Positions 43,917 through 54,936 of a DNA stretch of 64,000 bases are shown here, piece by piece. The DNA comes from an uncultured Alphaproteobacteria bacterium (GTDB lineage: Bacteria; Pseudomonadota; Alphaproteobacteria; UBA6615). Numbering within the stretch: position 1 is the first letter of the stretch; the number at the start of each line of letters is the position of its first letter. Below the pieces are notes generated by a model that ran no database searches, was not told the origin of the DNA, and saw only the letters and a list, made by a program, of their open reading frames with translations. Both the position numbers and the translations under genes were made by a program. The stretch spans positions 454,904-518,903 of the forward strand of contig CALSNJ010000002.1 in the NCBI GenBank assembly GCA_943787745.1, given 5' to 3'.

Positions 43917-44729
43917 ATGAACGGTTCGATCATATTTGGTGTTGCGGCATTGCTGACGCTTTTGCCTGCTGTCTTTCTGCCCGTGCGCAGAGCCGCAGAA
44001 CCCGACGACAATGAGGGGCTGTTGTTCTGGATGCTGGTGGGTGTGGCCACGGTTGGCCCGGTGGCGTTGGAAATTGCGGCAGATGACGGGATGTGGCGCG
44101 CCGGCTTCAGCGCGACCCTTTGGACCATCGTTTCATCCACCATGATCCTGTTCTTTGTCATAAGCCTGATTTCGCAGACGGTCCGCCGACTGCGTGGATT
44201 GCTGATGCCTTATGTTGTGATTTTGGCCGTGATTGCGCTTTTGTGGTCATCGGTTCCCGGCAGCCCCGTTTCAGGGGTGCAAATGACGGCCTGGCTTCAA
44301 GTCCATATCGGGGTTTCCTTGATCACCTACGCATTGATTACGCTTGCTGCCACAGCAGCTCTGGGAATTTGGCTCAAAGAACGGGCTCTGCGTAAACGTA
44401 CGACCTTGAGTTTTGTAGAACGTCTTCCGTCGGTGGCAGACGGGGAGCGGATCCAGCGACGGTTGCTGTTGGGCGCTGAGATCATCCTTGGGCTTGGGCT
44501 TCTGACCGGCATGGCGACGCAATTCTATATTGCGGGATCTCTCGTTGAACTGGATCACAAGACGACACTGTCGATCGCGGCTTTCGTTGTCCTCGGTATT
44601 CTGTTGGTGATGCAGTGGGGAAGTGGGCTGCGCGGGCGTTCGGCTGCGCGGTTTGTGCTGATAATCTATCTTCTGATCACACTTGCATTCCCGGGCGTCA
44701 AATTCGTCACAGATGTAATTATTTCCTAG
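43917..44729 (+). CDS. polytopic inner membrane protein (possibly cytochrome c assembly / YpjD-like family)
   Basis: ~270 aa with ~8 predicted TM helices; ATG at 43917 chosen, upstream extension overlaps ispDF. Confidence 0.55.
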   Translation: MNGSIIFGVAALLTLLPAVFLPVRRAAEPDDNEGLLFWMLVGVATVGPVALEIAADDGMWRAGFSATLWTIVSSTMILFFVISLISQTVRRLRGLLMPYVVILAVIALLWSSVPGSPVSGVQMTAWLQVHIGVSLITYALITLAATAALGIWLKERALRKRTTLSFVERLPSVADGERIQRRLLLGAEIILGLGLLTGMATQFYIAGSLVELDHKTTLSIAAFVVLGILLVMQWGSGLRGRSAARFVLIIYLLITLAFPGVKFVTDVIIS

Positions 44730-44823
44730 CTATTCACTCGAAAGCCTTGTTGCGTTGCAACAATTATGTCTAGTATGCACAATTCGTAGACAGTTGTGTT
44801 CTATGCATAATTATTAGGCAATC

Positions 44824-45822
44824 ATGTCGGCTATAACTTCTGAACCCTTCAACATCGGTAACGTGAGTATTCCAAACCGTGTTGTGCTTGCGCCTATGTC
44901 TGGCGTGAGTGATCTGCCGTTTCGTCGGTTGGCATCACGGTACGGGGTCGGTCTGGTTGTGTCAGAGATGGTGGCCAGCCGAGAGATGCTGCGCGAATCC
45001 CGACAGTCTGCCCGCCGAATGTTGTTTGAACCCGGTTCGGGGCCGGTTTCCATTCAGCTCGCCGGCACCGAGCCCGAGATCATGGCGGAGGCAGCAAAAC
45101 TCGCAGTGGATCGGGGCGCAGAGATTGTTGATATCAATTTCGGGTGTCCTGCAAAAAAGGTTGTCCGGAAGGCCACCGGATCAGCGCTGATGCGTGACGT
45201 ACCTCTGGCAACCGACATCATGAAGGCGGTCGTCGCGGCCGCCGGCGTTCCTGTCAGCGTCAAAATGCGCACCGGATGGGATGAAAACAGTCGGAATGGC
45301 GTTGAACTCGCCCGTATTGCTGAAGACGTCGGGGTGCAGATGCTGACTGTCCATGGCCGGACGCGATGTGACTTCTATACAGGGACGGCCGACTGGAATT
45401 TCATTGCAGGCGTAAAGGACGCGGTATCGATCCCGCTTGTGGCCAATGGCGATATTCGCTCGCACGAGGATGCCGCGAATTGCCTCCGGGTCACCGGGGC
45501 GGATGCGGTCATGATCGGACGCGCTGCCCAGGGAAAACCTTGGTTTCCCGGAGATGTGGCACATTATTTTGCGACAGGCGTGGTTCGGGACGAGCCTGAT
45601 ATTCTTGAGCGCTGGAGCATTATGCGAGAACACCTTGAGGAAATGATGAGCCTCTATGGCGCAAATACCGGGATCCGGAATGCCCGCAAGCACATTGGCT
45701 GGTATCTGACCGGGGTGCCCGGGGCGGCCGAATTTCGAAATGTGGTGAACAATACCCTTGATCCAGCGGTGATTTCGCGTGAGTTGGCGCGGTTCCGCGA
45801 GCTAACAGCGGCGGCGATCTGA
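44824..45822 (+). CDS. dusB: tRNA-dihydrouridine synthase B (NifR3 family)
   Basis: TIM-barrel Dus motifs (LAPMSGVSDLPFRRL, INFGCP), upstream of ntrBC as in the nifR3-ntrB-ntrC operon. Confidence 0.92.
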   Translation: MSAITSEPFNIGNVSIPNRVVLAPMSGVSDLPFRRLASRYGVGLVVSEMVASREMLRESRQSARRMLFEPGSGPVSIQLAGTEPEIMAEAAKLAVDRGAEIVDINFGCPAKKVVRKATGSALMRDVPLATDIMKAVVAAAGVPVSVKMRTGWDENSRNGVELARIAEDVGVQMLTVHGRTRCDFYTGTADWNFIAGVKDAVSIPLVANGDIRSHEDAANCLRVTGADAVMIGRAAQGKPWFPGDVAHYFATGVVRDEPDILERWSIMREHLEEMMSLYGANTGIRNARKHIGWYLTGVPGAAEFRNVVNNTLDPAVISRELARFRELTAAAI

Positions 45823-46943
45823 TGGTGACTTTGAACAATACCGCTCTTTTGGATGACGATAACGGGCCAGATCCTGCTGCGATCCTTAACTTGCTCACTG
45901 ATGCGGTGATCGCTGTCGGAGAAGGTCACGAAATCCGTTACGTAAATTATGCGGCTGAACAGATGTTCGGGATGAGTTCGCCGACCTTGATTGGTCGTTC
46001 ACTTGGTGAATTCGTGTCGCCTGATAACCCTTTGTTTTTTATGATTGATAAGTCCCGCGCTGAAAGTGCGAGTTATGCTGAACGCAATGTTCGGCTGGAT
46101 GGTCCGCGGATTGAGGAACGGGAAGTCTCAGTTCAGGTTCAGCCGGGCTTTGATAGATCAGGCACAGTTGTCCTCAGCCTGCATGAACAGACGCTGGCAC
46201 AACATATCGATCGCCAGTTGGTACATCGCGGCGCAGCGCGCTCAGTCACAGCGATGGCGTCGATGCTGGCCCATGAAGTCAAAAATCCGCTTTCAGGTAT
46301 TCGTGGCGCGGCGCAGTTGCTTGAGGACGGCGCAGATGAAGGTGAGCGCGAGTTGACCCAGCTGATCTGCGATGAAGCAGACCGGATTGTGGCTTTGGTC
46401 AATCGCATGGAAGCCTTTTCTGATGAACGCCTCCCTGAGCGTTCTGCAGTGAACATTCATGAAGTGCTCGATCGGGTCAAAAAGGTCGCTGAGAACGGTT
46501 TTGGACGAAATGTCACGTTTAACGCGTCTTTCGACCCGTCCTTGCCGATGGTCCATGGCAACCGGGATCAACTGATCCAGATATTTATGAACCTGATCAA
46601 GAATGCGTCCGAAGCCGTACCGGCCAATAGCGGAGAGATATCGCTGGAAACCCGGTATCGACACGGTCTGCGCCTGGCGATACCGGGCAGCGGTGAGCGT
46701 GTTGATCTGCCCATAGAGATCACGGTCCGTGACAATGGCGCGGGCGTTCCGGAAGATGTTCAACCTTTCCTTTTCGATCCGTTTGTGACGACCAAAAAGA
46801 ATGGCACGGGCCTTGGATTGGCCCTTGTGGCCAAGCTTGTTGGCGACCACGGCGGTGTCATTGATCTCGAAAACGATGACCGTGGTGCGGCCTTCAAGGT
46901 CATGCTGCCCGTCGACCTCAGCCCTGAAGGCCAATCCTCATGA
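45822..46943 (+). CDS. ntrB: nitrogen regulation sensor histidine kinase NtrB
   Basis: PAS domain, H-box [12 protein letters not shown], HATPase domain. Confidence 0.9.
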   Translation: MVTLNNTALLDDDNGPDPAAILNLLTDAVIAVGEGHEIRYVNYAAEQMFGMSSPTLIGRSLGEFVSPDNPLFFMIDKSRAESASYAERNVRLDGPRIEEREVSVQVQPGFDRSGTVVLSLHEQTLAQHIDRQLVHRGAARSVTAMASMLAHEVKNPLSGIRGAAQLLEDGADEGERELTQLICDEADRIVALVNRMEAFSDERLPERSAVNIHEVLDRVKKVAENGFGRNVTFNASFDPSLPMVHGNRDQLIQIFMNLIKNASEAVPANSGEISLETRYRHGLRLAIPGSGERVDLPIEITVRDNGAGVPEDVQPFLFDPFVTTKKNGTGLGLALVAKLVGDHGGVIDLENDDRGAAFKVMLPVDLSPEGQSS

Positions 46944-48388
46944 GAGCCGCAACAATTCTGATTGCCGATGATGACCGCAGCATCCGCACTGTACTGAGCC
47001 AAGCACTGGGGCGGATTGGTCACGATGTTCGGACCACAGGGACCGCAGCCAATTTATGGCGTTGGGTTTCGGATGGGGAGGGTGATCTTGTCATCACGGA
47101 TGTCGTGATGCCCGACGAGAATGGTCTCGATCTGATTCCGCGCATTCGCAAGATTCGTCCTGACCTTCGAATTATTGTGATGAGTGCCCAGAACACGCTG
47201 CTGACAGCGGTCCGCGCGACCGAACGTGGTGCCTTTGAGTACTTGCCCAAACCCTTCGACCTGAAGGAAGTGGTCGAGGTTGTCCAGCGTGCTTTGGCGG
47301 AAAAAGATACCAAACGAGACACGGTATCTCCGCAATTCGAACCCGAAGAAGAAGCGCTGCCGCTAATCGGACGTTCAGCGGCGATGCAGGACATCTACCG
47401 GGTGCTTGCGCGATTGATGAATACTGATCTGACCGTCATGGTCACCGGAGAGTCTGGTACCGGCAAGGAACTCGTTGCGCGCGCGCTGCATGACTATGGC
47501 AAACGGCGGTTTGGACCTTTTGTTGCGATAAATATGGCCGCGATCCCGCGGGAGTTGATCGAAAGCGAATTGTTTGGCCATGAAAAAGGCGCTTTCACCG
47601 GTGCCACCAACCGCTATGCAGGCCGGTTTGAGCAGGCCGAAGGTGGTTCGCTGTTCCTTGATGAGATTGGTGACATGCCGATCGAAGCACAAACGCGGCT
47701 GTTGCGCGTCTTGCAGGAAGGCGAGTACACCACGGTCGGCGGGCGAACCCCTATATCAACCAATGTCCGGATCATCGCGGCGACCCATCGCGATCTGCGA
47801 ACAGCTGTTCGTCAGGGGTTGTTTCGCGAAGATCTATATTACCGCCTGAATGTTGTTCCGTTGCGGATTCCACCGCTGAGAGAGCGTTCCGAGGACATTC
47901 CAGAACTCGTTGCACATTTCCTGTCCCGGGCAGAGACCGACGGCATGCCGACCAAAAGCTTTGTCCCTGAAGCGATGGGGCGCCTGCAGGACTATCGTTG
48001 GCCGGGGAACGTCCGCGAACTTGAAAACCTCGTGCAGCGCCTGACGGCGCTGTACAGTCAGGATGTGATCAGCCTGGAAACGATTGAGGCTGAACTTGCG
48101 CATTCATCGCCGGGGTCAGCTGCCGAAGCTCAAGCCGACGAAGAATCGCTCTCCGATGCGATTGATCGCCATCTTCGGACATATTTCTCGGCTCACCGGG
48201 ATGGATTGCCCGCAGCTGGTTTGTATGGTCGCATCCTGCATGAAATGGAGCGGCCGCTCATCAGCCTTTCCTTAGAGGCCACGCGCGGTAACCAGGTTCA
48301 GGCTGCAACCTTGCTGGGACTGAACCGCAATACGTTACGCAAGAAAATCCGCGAGTTAGACATTGATGTGGTGCGGGGCGTAAAATAG
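46940..48388 (+). CDS. ntrC: nitrogen regulation response regulator NtrC (sigma-54 activator)
   Basis: REC domain, AAA+ GESGTGKE and GAFTGA motif, C-terminal HTH. Confidence 0.93.
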   Translation: MRAATILIADDDRSIRTVLSQALGRIGHDVRTTGTAANLWRWVSDGEGDLVITDVVMPDENGLDLIPRIRKIRPDLRIIVMSAQNTLLTAVRATERGAFEYLPKPFDLKEVVEVVQRALAEKDTKRDTVSPQFEPEEEALPLIGRSAAMQDIYRVLARLMNTDLTVMVTGESGTGKELVARALHDYGKRRFGPFVAINMAAIPRELIESELFGHEKGAFTGATNRYAGRFEQAEGGSLFLDEIGDMPIEAQTRLLRVLQEGEYTTVGGRTPISTNVRIIAATHRDLRTAVRQGLFREDLYYRLNVVPLRIPPLRERSEDIPELVAHFLSRAETDGMPTKSFVPEAMGRLQDYRWPGNVRELENLVQRLTALYSQDVISLETIEAELAHSSPGSAAEAQADEESLSDAIDRHLRTYFSAHRDGLPAAGLYGRILHEMERPLISLSLEATRGNQVQAATLLGLNRNTLRKKIRELDIDVVRGVK

Positions 48389-48458
48389 CCTCCAGTGCGG
48401 TGTTCGAGGCTCTCAATGGGGTCGGACAAAGAATCGCACATATGTTATCGAGCATCTG

Positions 48459-50762
48459 ATGAGCGACGAGATAACTCCCAAAAAGCCAGAGAGCCGTGGG
48501 CTCTATGTGACTTCTGATTCTCCATCTGAGTTTTCGGGCGGATCGGTCGTGCGTAAATCTGGATTGTTCCGGGGTGCATTGTCGTGGGGGCAGCGTGCAG
48601 GTGTTGGGCGTCGGATCGCAATCGCTCTGATGATTTGTGCCGTTGCCGCCGGTTTCGCGACCTTTTTCGCGCTAACTGGCAACACAACCTACGGCCTGGG
48701 CGAAAATGCCCTGTTCGTCTTGTTGGTGATCGATCTGAGCCTTGTCCTGGCTTTGGGAGCAGCCGTAAGTCTTGGTTTGGTCAGGATGTGGGCGCAACGG
48801 CGCGCCGGGCTGGCTGGTGCGCGCCTTCATGTCCGCCTCGTTGGTTTGTTTTCGGTCGTTGCAATAACGCCTGCCATCCTCATCGCAGTTCTGGCTGCGC
48901 TGTTTTTCAATCTTGTCATCGAGAGTTGGTTCAGCGAACGGGTGAGAACTGCCGTTGAAAGCTCGGTTCTCGTGTCAGAGGCCTATCTGAACGAACACAG
49001 GCAAACGATTCGTTCGGATGCCATGGCAATGGCGGAGGAACTCAACAATGTTTGGCCGGGTCTGGCTGTCGATGCCCAGCGCGCCCGCGAAATTATCGAA
49101 GATGCCGCTGAAAAGCGCTCCGTGCCTGGTGCTGTAATTTTTGACAGAAATGGTCGGGTCGTTGCCCGCGCGGGATTTACGTCTTCGCTCTTGTTCGACT
49201 TGCCCCCGACACTTGCTGTTGCAGATGCCGCAGGCGGACAACCGGTGGTGCTGACAAGCGAAAACGAAGACCGTGTGCGCGCGTTGATCGGACTGAACAC
49301 ACGACCTCAGGCTTTTCTGTATCTGGGCCGGTTTATCGATCCCAATGTTCTGCGCTATCGCGAAACCACCAAACGCGCGGCCAGCGAATATGCGCAGGCC
49401 GAAAGCCGCCGATCACGGTTGGAGCTGGAGCTTGCGGCGATTTTCGTCATCGTCACGCTTCTGTTGCTCCTGACGGCGGTCGGGGTTGGGCTGGGGTTTG
49501 CCAACCGTCTTTCACGTCACATTGCCAAACTCGTCCATGCGACTGAGATGGTGCGGTCTGGTAATTTGGGCGTGCGCTTGGAGGAAGCGTCGCGATCGGA
49601 TGATGAGATCGGGATCCTGACGCGCGCGTTCAATCGCATGACACGCCAGCTTGACGAACAGCGTGGCGAGCTGACGGAAGCCAACCGGCAGCTCGATGAT
49701 CGGCGTCGGTTCACCGAGGCTGTGCTCGCCGGGGTATCGGCCGGCGTCATCGGTCTTGATCGTTCGGGGCGCGTCAATTTACCGAACCGTCCGGCAACGG
49801 CATTGCTCGATGTTGGACTGGAAGAACTTATGGGGCGCCCATTGGCGGAGGTGATTCCCGAGTTTGCGTCTTCGGTGGCGCTTGCAACGGCTGATCCCAG
49901 CCGTTTGGTCGAGGATGAGATCAGTGTGGAAACACATGAAGGCGTCCGGGTGCTGCGGGTTCGTATTGGTGCTGAGCGGGATGCGCAAGATGACGTCATC
50001 GGGTTTGTGGTGACATTTGATGACGTCACGGAACTCCAGTCCGCGCAGCGCACGGCGGCCTGGGCCGATGTTGCGCGCCGGATTGCGCATGAGATCAAGA
50101 ATCCGCTGACCCCGATCCAGCTTTCAGCAGAACGGCTCAAACGCAAATATCTGGGTGAGATCAAAAGTGATCCCGAGACCTTTGCACAGTGCACCGACAC
50201 AATCGTTCGCCAGGTTGGCGATATCGGGCGAATGGTTGATGAGTTTTCCTCCTTTGCGCGGATGCCCAACCCGGTGCTGACATCGGGTGATTTGGCCAAA
50301 ATTTGTCGTGAAGCGGTATTCCTCCAGCAGCAGGCACATCGGGAGATCACGTTTGAGACTGACTTCCCGAAAGAGGGAATGTTGAGCACTTTTGACGCCG
50401 GATTGATGTCGCAGGCGCTGACCAATTTGTTGCAAAACGCTGTCGATGCAATTCAGGGGCGTTCGGGTGACGATGAAGCACAGGGCTGGATATCGATGCG
50501 TTTGATCGAATCAGGCGATAACGCGTCGATTGTTGTGGAAGACAATGGGCGCGGATTGCCCGTGAAGGAACGTGAGCGTTTGACGGAGCCCTATGTGACC
50601 ACCCGTACAAAAGGAACCGGCCTTGGTCTTGCCATTGTTGCCCGTATTATTGAGCAGCATGGGGGAACTTTGCGACTTGGCGATCGCGACGGTCAGCCCG
50701 GTGCCATGGTCGCGATTTCGCTTCCCCGTGAATTGCAGGGTGTAGAGCACGCCAATGGCTGA
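48459..50762 (+). CDS. ntrY: sensor histidine kinase NtrY
   Basis: 767 aa, N-terminal TM region, HAMP, PAS, H-box HEIKNPLTPIQL, HATPase. Confidence 0.9.
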   Translation: MSDEITPKKPESRGLYVTSDSPSEFSGGSVVRKSGLFRGALSWGQRAGVGRRIAIALMICAVAAGFATFFALTGNTTYGLGENALFVLLVIDLSLVLALGAAVSLGLVRMWAQRRAGLAGARLHVRLVGLFSVVAITPAILIAVLAALFFNLVIESWFSERVRTAVESSVLVSEAYLNEHRQTIRSDAMAMAEELNNVWPGLAVDAQRAREIIEDAAEKRSVPGAVIFDRNGRVVARAGFTSSLLFDLPPTLAVADAAGGQPVVLTSENEDRVRALIGLNTRPQAFLYLGRFIDPNVLRYRETTKRAASEYAQAESRRSRLELELAAIFVIVTLLLLLTAVGVGLGFANRLSRHIAKLVHATEMVRSGNLGVRLEEASRSDDEIGILTRAFNRMTRQLDEQRGELTEANRQLDDRRRFTEAVLAGVSAGVIGLDRSGRVNLPNRPATALLDVGLEELMGRPLAEVIPEFASSVALATADPSRLVEDEISVETHEGVRVLRVRIGAERDAQDDVIGFVVTFDDVTELQSAQRTAAWADVARRIAHEIKNPLTPIQLSAERLKRKYLGEIKSDPETFAQCTDTIVRQVGDIGRMVDEFSSFARMPNPVLTSGDLAKICREAVFLQQQAHREITFETDFPKEGMLSTFDAGLMSQALTNLLQNAVDAIQGRSGDDEAQGWISMRLIESGDNASIVVEDNGRGLPVKERERLTEPYVTTRTKGTGLGLAIVARIIEQHGGTLRLGDRDGQPGAMVAISLPRELQGVEHANG

Positions 50763-52155
50763 AGATATTCTCATTGTCGATGACGAGGACGATATCCGGA
50801 TGCTTATATCCGGTGTTCTCGAAGATGAGGGGTATGAAACCCGAGAGGCCGGCAGCGCAGAAGCTGCTGTCGAAGAGGTTGCCGCACGCCGGCCGAGCCT
50901 TGTGATTCTTGATATCTGGCTTGAAGGCAGCCGGATCGACGGGATGGAACTGCTCCATATTCTTCGGCGCGAGCACCCGGAAGTCCCCGTTGTCATGATC
51001 AGCGGGCACGGATCAATCGAAACGGCGGTGCAGGCGATCAAGGTCGGTGCCTACGATTACATTGAAAAGCCATTCAAAACAGACCGCCTGATTTTGATCG
51101 TCAGCCGTGCCATTGAGGCGTCCAGACTGCGTCGTGAGAACCGCGAATTGCGTATGCGCGCGGGCCCCGAAACGGAGTTGGTCGGGGAATCTACGTCCAT
51201 GGTTCAGTTGCGGCAGGCCGTTGGTAAAGTTGCACCCACAGGAAGTCGGGTTTTGATCAAAGGTTCGGCGGGGGCTGGCAAGGAAGTTGCCGCGCGTATG
51301 CTTCATGAACAGTCACTGCGCGTTGATCAGCCATTCGTGATTGTGAATTGTGCGGCGATGGCTCCGGAACGGATGGAATCCGAACTGTTCGGAGTTGAAG
51401 CCGCACGTGCCTCTGACCAGGAAGGGCGCAAGATCGGATTGTTCGAGCAAGCCCATAACGGCACGCTGGTATTCGATGAAATCGGCGACATGCCGATGGA
51501 AACTCAGGGCAAGATTGTTCGGGTTCTTCAGGAGCAGACATTTGAACCCGTTGGGGGAAGTCGCAAGATTGCTGTTGATGTCCGCGTTGTGGCCACTACG
51601 ACGCGTGATCTTCAGGATGAAATCAGGGCTGGCCGGTTTCGCGAAGATTTATTTTATCGCCTGAACGTGGTGCCGCTCGAAGTTCCTGATCTGGCCGATC
51701 GCCGTGAGGACATTCCAAAGCTGGCAGATCACTTTATGCGACGGGCTGCAGATATGGGTGGGTTGCCAGTTCGTCGTATCGGCCCCGATGCAATGACGGC
51801 GCTGCAATCCCATGACTGGCCCGGCAATGTGCGGCAACTTCGTAATGTGATCGAGTGGCTATTGATTATGGCGCCATCAGATCCGCATCAGCTAATCCGG
51901 TCGGATATGTTGCCGCCCGAACTGATAGAAAAAACACCTCGCGCCCTGCAAGGGGCAGGGCAGACGGAATTCCTGAGCCTGTCCTTACGCGACGCCCGCG
52001 AGGAGTTTGAACGTCAATATCTGGAAGCACAGGTCAACCGGTTCGGTGGTAATATCTCCAAGACCGCAACTTTCGTCGGGATGGAACGGTCAGCACTACA
52101 TCGCAAGCTGAAATCGCTTGGGGTGCAGGGGCCAATGATGAAAAGTTCGGAATAA
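50755..52155 (+). CDS. ntrX: sigma-54-dependent response regulator NtrX
   Basis: REC + AAA+ (GSAGAGKE) + HTH; follows ntrY. Confidence 0.9.
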   Translation: MAEDILIVDDEDDIRMLISGVLEDEGYETREAGSAEAAVEEVAARRPSLVILDIWLEGSRIDGMELLHILRREHPEVPVVMISGHGSIETAVQAIKVGAYDYIEKPFKTDRLILIVSRAIEASRLRRENRELRMRAGPETELVGESTSMVQLRQAVGKVAPTGSRVLIKGSAGAGKEVAARMLHEQSLRVDQPFVIVNCAAMAPERMESELFGVEAARASDQEGRKIGLFEQAHNGTLVFDEIGDMPMETQGKIVRVLQEQTFEPVGGSRKIAVDVRVVATTTRDLQDEIRAGRFREDLFYRLNVVPLEVPDLADRREDIPKLADHFMRRAADMGGLPVRRIGPDAMTALQSHDWPGNVRQLRNVIEWLLIMAPSDPHQLIRSDMLPPELIEKTPRALQGAGQTEFLSLSLRDAREEFERQYLEAQVNRFGGNISKTATFVGMERSALHRKLKSLGVQGPMMKSSE

Positions 52156-52220
52156 TTTAAAATTTTTGCGTTCGAAGCCGATGCGAACTCCAGCGTGGGA
52201 CCGAAAAGCGGGATGAATTC

Positions 52221-53597
52221 ATGAAAGCGATAATTTGTGGTGGTGGCCAGGTTGGCTCCAGTATCGCGCGCGAACTGGCCTCGGAGCGCGTCGATGTCAC
52301 TGTCATTGACCAGAGCCCCGAATTGATCCGCCGTATACGTGACACCCTTGATGTCACGACAATGGTGGGTTTTGCTTCGCACCCCGACGTGCTGGAAGCC
52401 GCGGGTGCGCGAGACGCCGATATGATTGTTGCGGTGACCTTTGCCGATGAAGTGAACATGATCGCCTGTCAGGTGGCGCATTCGCTGTTTGACGTTCCGA
52501 TGAAGATTGCGCGCGTACGGGCGCAAAGCTATCGCAATCCCATCTGGGCTGATTTGTTTTCGCGCGATCACATGCCGATTGACGTCATTATTTCACCTGA
52601 GATCGAAGTGGCACGCGCCATTGGGCGACGCTTCACGGTTCCCGGATCTTTCGAGATGATTCCGCTGGCCAAGAACAAGCTGAGGCTGATTGGTGTTCGG
52701 TGCGAAGAAAACTGTCCGATCCTGGATACTCCGCTTCGCCAGCTCACGACGCTCTTTCCGGACCTGCGTCTGTCGATCATCGGAATCATTCGGGAAGGCA
52801 AGCCTATCGTGCCGACCGGTGATGATCATCTCGAGGTGAATGATGAAGTGTACATCGTCATTGATGGCGAGCATGTGCCGCGCGCCATGGCTGCTTTCGG
52901 CCATGATGAGCAAGAAGCGCGACGGGTCGTCATCATTGGAGGTGGCAATATCGGTTTGAGTTTGGCGCAGGATATCGAGGAGCAATTCTCCGGCGTGACG
53001 GCGCGCCTGATTGAGTTGGACAAGGATCAGGCTCAGGCCGCGGCACAGCTTCTGTCAAAGACGACGGTAATTCACGGGGACGCACTCGATCCCGATATTC
53101 TGAGCGAAGCCAACATCAACAAAGCCAGCACCGTTGTTGCCGTAACCAACGATGATGAAGTGAATATTCTGGCGTCCTTGCTCGCCAAACGGTACGGCGC
53201 AGAACGCGCCGTGACCCTGGTCAACAGCAATACCTACAATCCATTGCTGGCGCCGCTGGGTATCGACGTGGTGGTTAACCCACGGGTCATCACAGTTTCA
53301 ACAATTCTTCAGGTGATCCGCCGCGGACGCATTCGTTCGGTGCATTCCATTGGCGAGAACTTTGGCGAAGTGATCGAAGCCGAAGCACTCGAGACTTCCA
53401 GTCTTGTTGGCAAGCCTATTCAGGATGCCAAGCTGCCCGCGGGCGTCATCGTGGCGTCTATTGTTCGGGATGATCAGGTTCTGATGGTCGACAAGGATAC
53501 CGTGATCAATGTTGGGGATAGCGTTATTCTCTTCGCAACCAAGGACGCTGTCCGCAAGGTCGAGCGTATGTTTGCGGTAAAATTGGAATTTTTCTAG
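52221..53597 (+). CDS. trkA: Trk potassium uptake system protein TrkA
   Basis: Two NAD-binding RCK_N/RCK_C pairs (IICGGGQVGSSIAREL, VIIGGGNIGLSLA), 458 aa. Confidence 0.9.
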   Translation: MKAIICGGGQVGSSIARELASERVDVTVIDQSPELIRRIRDTLDVTTMVGFASHPDVLEAAGARDADMIVAVTFADEVNMIACQVAHSLFDVPMKIARVRAQSYRNPIWADLFSRDHMPIDVIISPEIEVARAIGRRFTVPGSFEMIPLAKNKLRLIGVRCEENCPILDTPLRQLTTLFPDLRLSIIGIIREGKPIVPTGDDHLEVNDEVYIVIDGEHVPRAMAAFGHDEQEARRVVIIGGGNIGLSLAQDIEEQFSGVTARLIELDKDQAQAAAQLLSKTTVIHGDALDPDILSEANINKASTVVAVTNDDEVNILASLLAKRYGAERAVTLVNSNTYNPLLAPLGIDVVVNPRVITVSTILQVIRRGRIRSVHSIGENFGEVIEAEALETSSLVGKPIQDAKLPAGVIVASIVRDDQVLMVDKDTVINVGDSVILFATKDAVRKVERMFAVKLEFF

Positions 53598-53631
53598 GCC
53601 GCCAGATGCGCGTGACTGTCAGGAGTGTGTT

Positions 53632-54495
53632 TTGCCACGCATAGCTTATGTGAACGGGGCCTATGTCGATCATCGCGATGCTGTCGTGCATGTTGAAGAT
53701 CGTGGCTATCAGTTTGCCGACGGCGTTTACGAAGTCATTCACTTGTTTCGCCATCGCCTCATTGACGAGGAACCACATCTTGACCGGCTCGACCGGTCAT
53801 TGCGTGAACTCGATATGGCCTGGCCGATGGGCCGGTCTGCCCTGCGCATCGCAATGCGGGAAGTGGTGCGTCAAAACCGATATGCAACGGGGCTGCTTTA
53901 TATACAGGTCACCAGGGGCGTGGCGCCGCGCGATCATAAATTTCCGCGCAATGGTCGCTCGTCTGTCGTGATGACTGTTCGGCCGGTGCCCGAGTATCCC
54001 GATGAGATGCGCGACAATGGCGTGGACGTGATTACGATCGAGGATATGCGCTGGACGCGCCGTGACATTAAATCGATCTCGTTGCTCCCCAATGTATTGG
54101 GGAAACAGGCGGCGGCTGCCGCGGGTGCATATGAGGCCTGGATGTACGATACGGATGGCTTCATCACTGAAGGAACGTCTTCGAACGCATGGATCATCAC
54201 CGGTGATGGAACCCTTTTGACCCGCCCGGCGAGCCACGATATCTTGCGCGGAATTACGCGTCAGGAAATCATCAAGCTTGCCGAAGAGCTGGATATTCCG
54301 TTTGAAGAACGAAAGTTTACGCGCGAGGAAACTTATGCAGCCCGAGAAGCATTCCTGAGCAATTCCTCTCATTTTGTGACGCCGGTCACGAAAATTGATG
54401 ATCGGGTTATCGCAAACGGCGAACCAGGGTCACTAAGCACCGCGTTGCATGCGCGTTATGTGGAATTTATGTCGGATTATCCAAAATTTTCCTGA
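53632..54495 (+). CDS. class IV aminotransferase (D-amino-acid / branched-chain aminotransferase family)
   Basis: 287 aa fold-type IV PLP enzyme; conserved position upstream of hfq. Confidence 0.8.
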   Translation: MPRIAYVNGAYVDHRDAVVHVEDRGYQFADGVYEVIHLFRHRLIDEEPHLDRLDRSLRELDMAWPMGRSALRIAMREVVRQNRYATGLLYIQVTRGVAPRDHKFPRNGRSSVVMTVRPVPEYPDEMRDNGVDVITIEDMRWTRRDIKSISLLPNVLGKQAAAAAGAYEAWMYDTDGFITEGTSSNAWIITGDGTLLTRPASHDILRGITRQEIIKLAEELDIPFEERKFTREETYAAREAFLSNSSHFVTPVTKIDDRVIANGEPGSLSTALHARYVEFMSDYPKFS

Positions 54496-54654
54496 TTGGG
54501 CCGAAATATTGAATAATTTCAACAAAATAGACTGGAAATCCAAACGCATCAGTCCAACGTATAGGTTATAATTAGAGAGCATAGCGATACGCTACGTTAC
54601 AAACTTGAACAGCGCATAATACAACCAACACAAGAACAAAGCTGAGGTAATAAG

Positions 54655-54927
54655 ATGGCTGCAGAACGGTCACAGAATGTTCAGGACGTGTTCCTGAACC
54701 ACATTCGAAAACAGAAGACACCGGTTACAGTTTTTCTCGTCAATGGCGTGAAACTGCAGGGTGTTGTGACGTGGTTTGACAATTTTTGTGTCCTGCTACG
54801 TCGCGACGCGCATTCGCAGCTGGTTTACAAGCATGCAATTTCGACGGTTATGCCGTCATTGCCTGTTCAGTTGTTCGAGCCGGAAACTGAATTTGACGAC
54901 GACGTGGATGCCGAGGCGGCTGAGTAA
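54655..54927 (+). CDS. hfq: RNA chaperone Hfq
   Basis: Sm1/Sm2 motifs ...[25 protein letters not shown]...YKHAIST, acidic C-terminal tail. Confidence 0.95.
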   Translation: MAAERSQNVQDVFLNHIRKQKTPVTVFLVNGVKLQGVVTWFDNFCVLLRRDAHSQLVYKHAISTVMPSLPVQLFEPETEFDDDVDAEAAE

Positions 54928-54936
54928 CCATTCGTC

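Noticed and set aside
49517-50425. 302-aa minus-strand ORF antisense to ntrY
   Set aside because: Ser/Ala/Arg-rich shadow ORF; NtrY is well supported.
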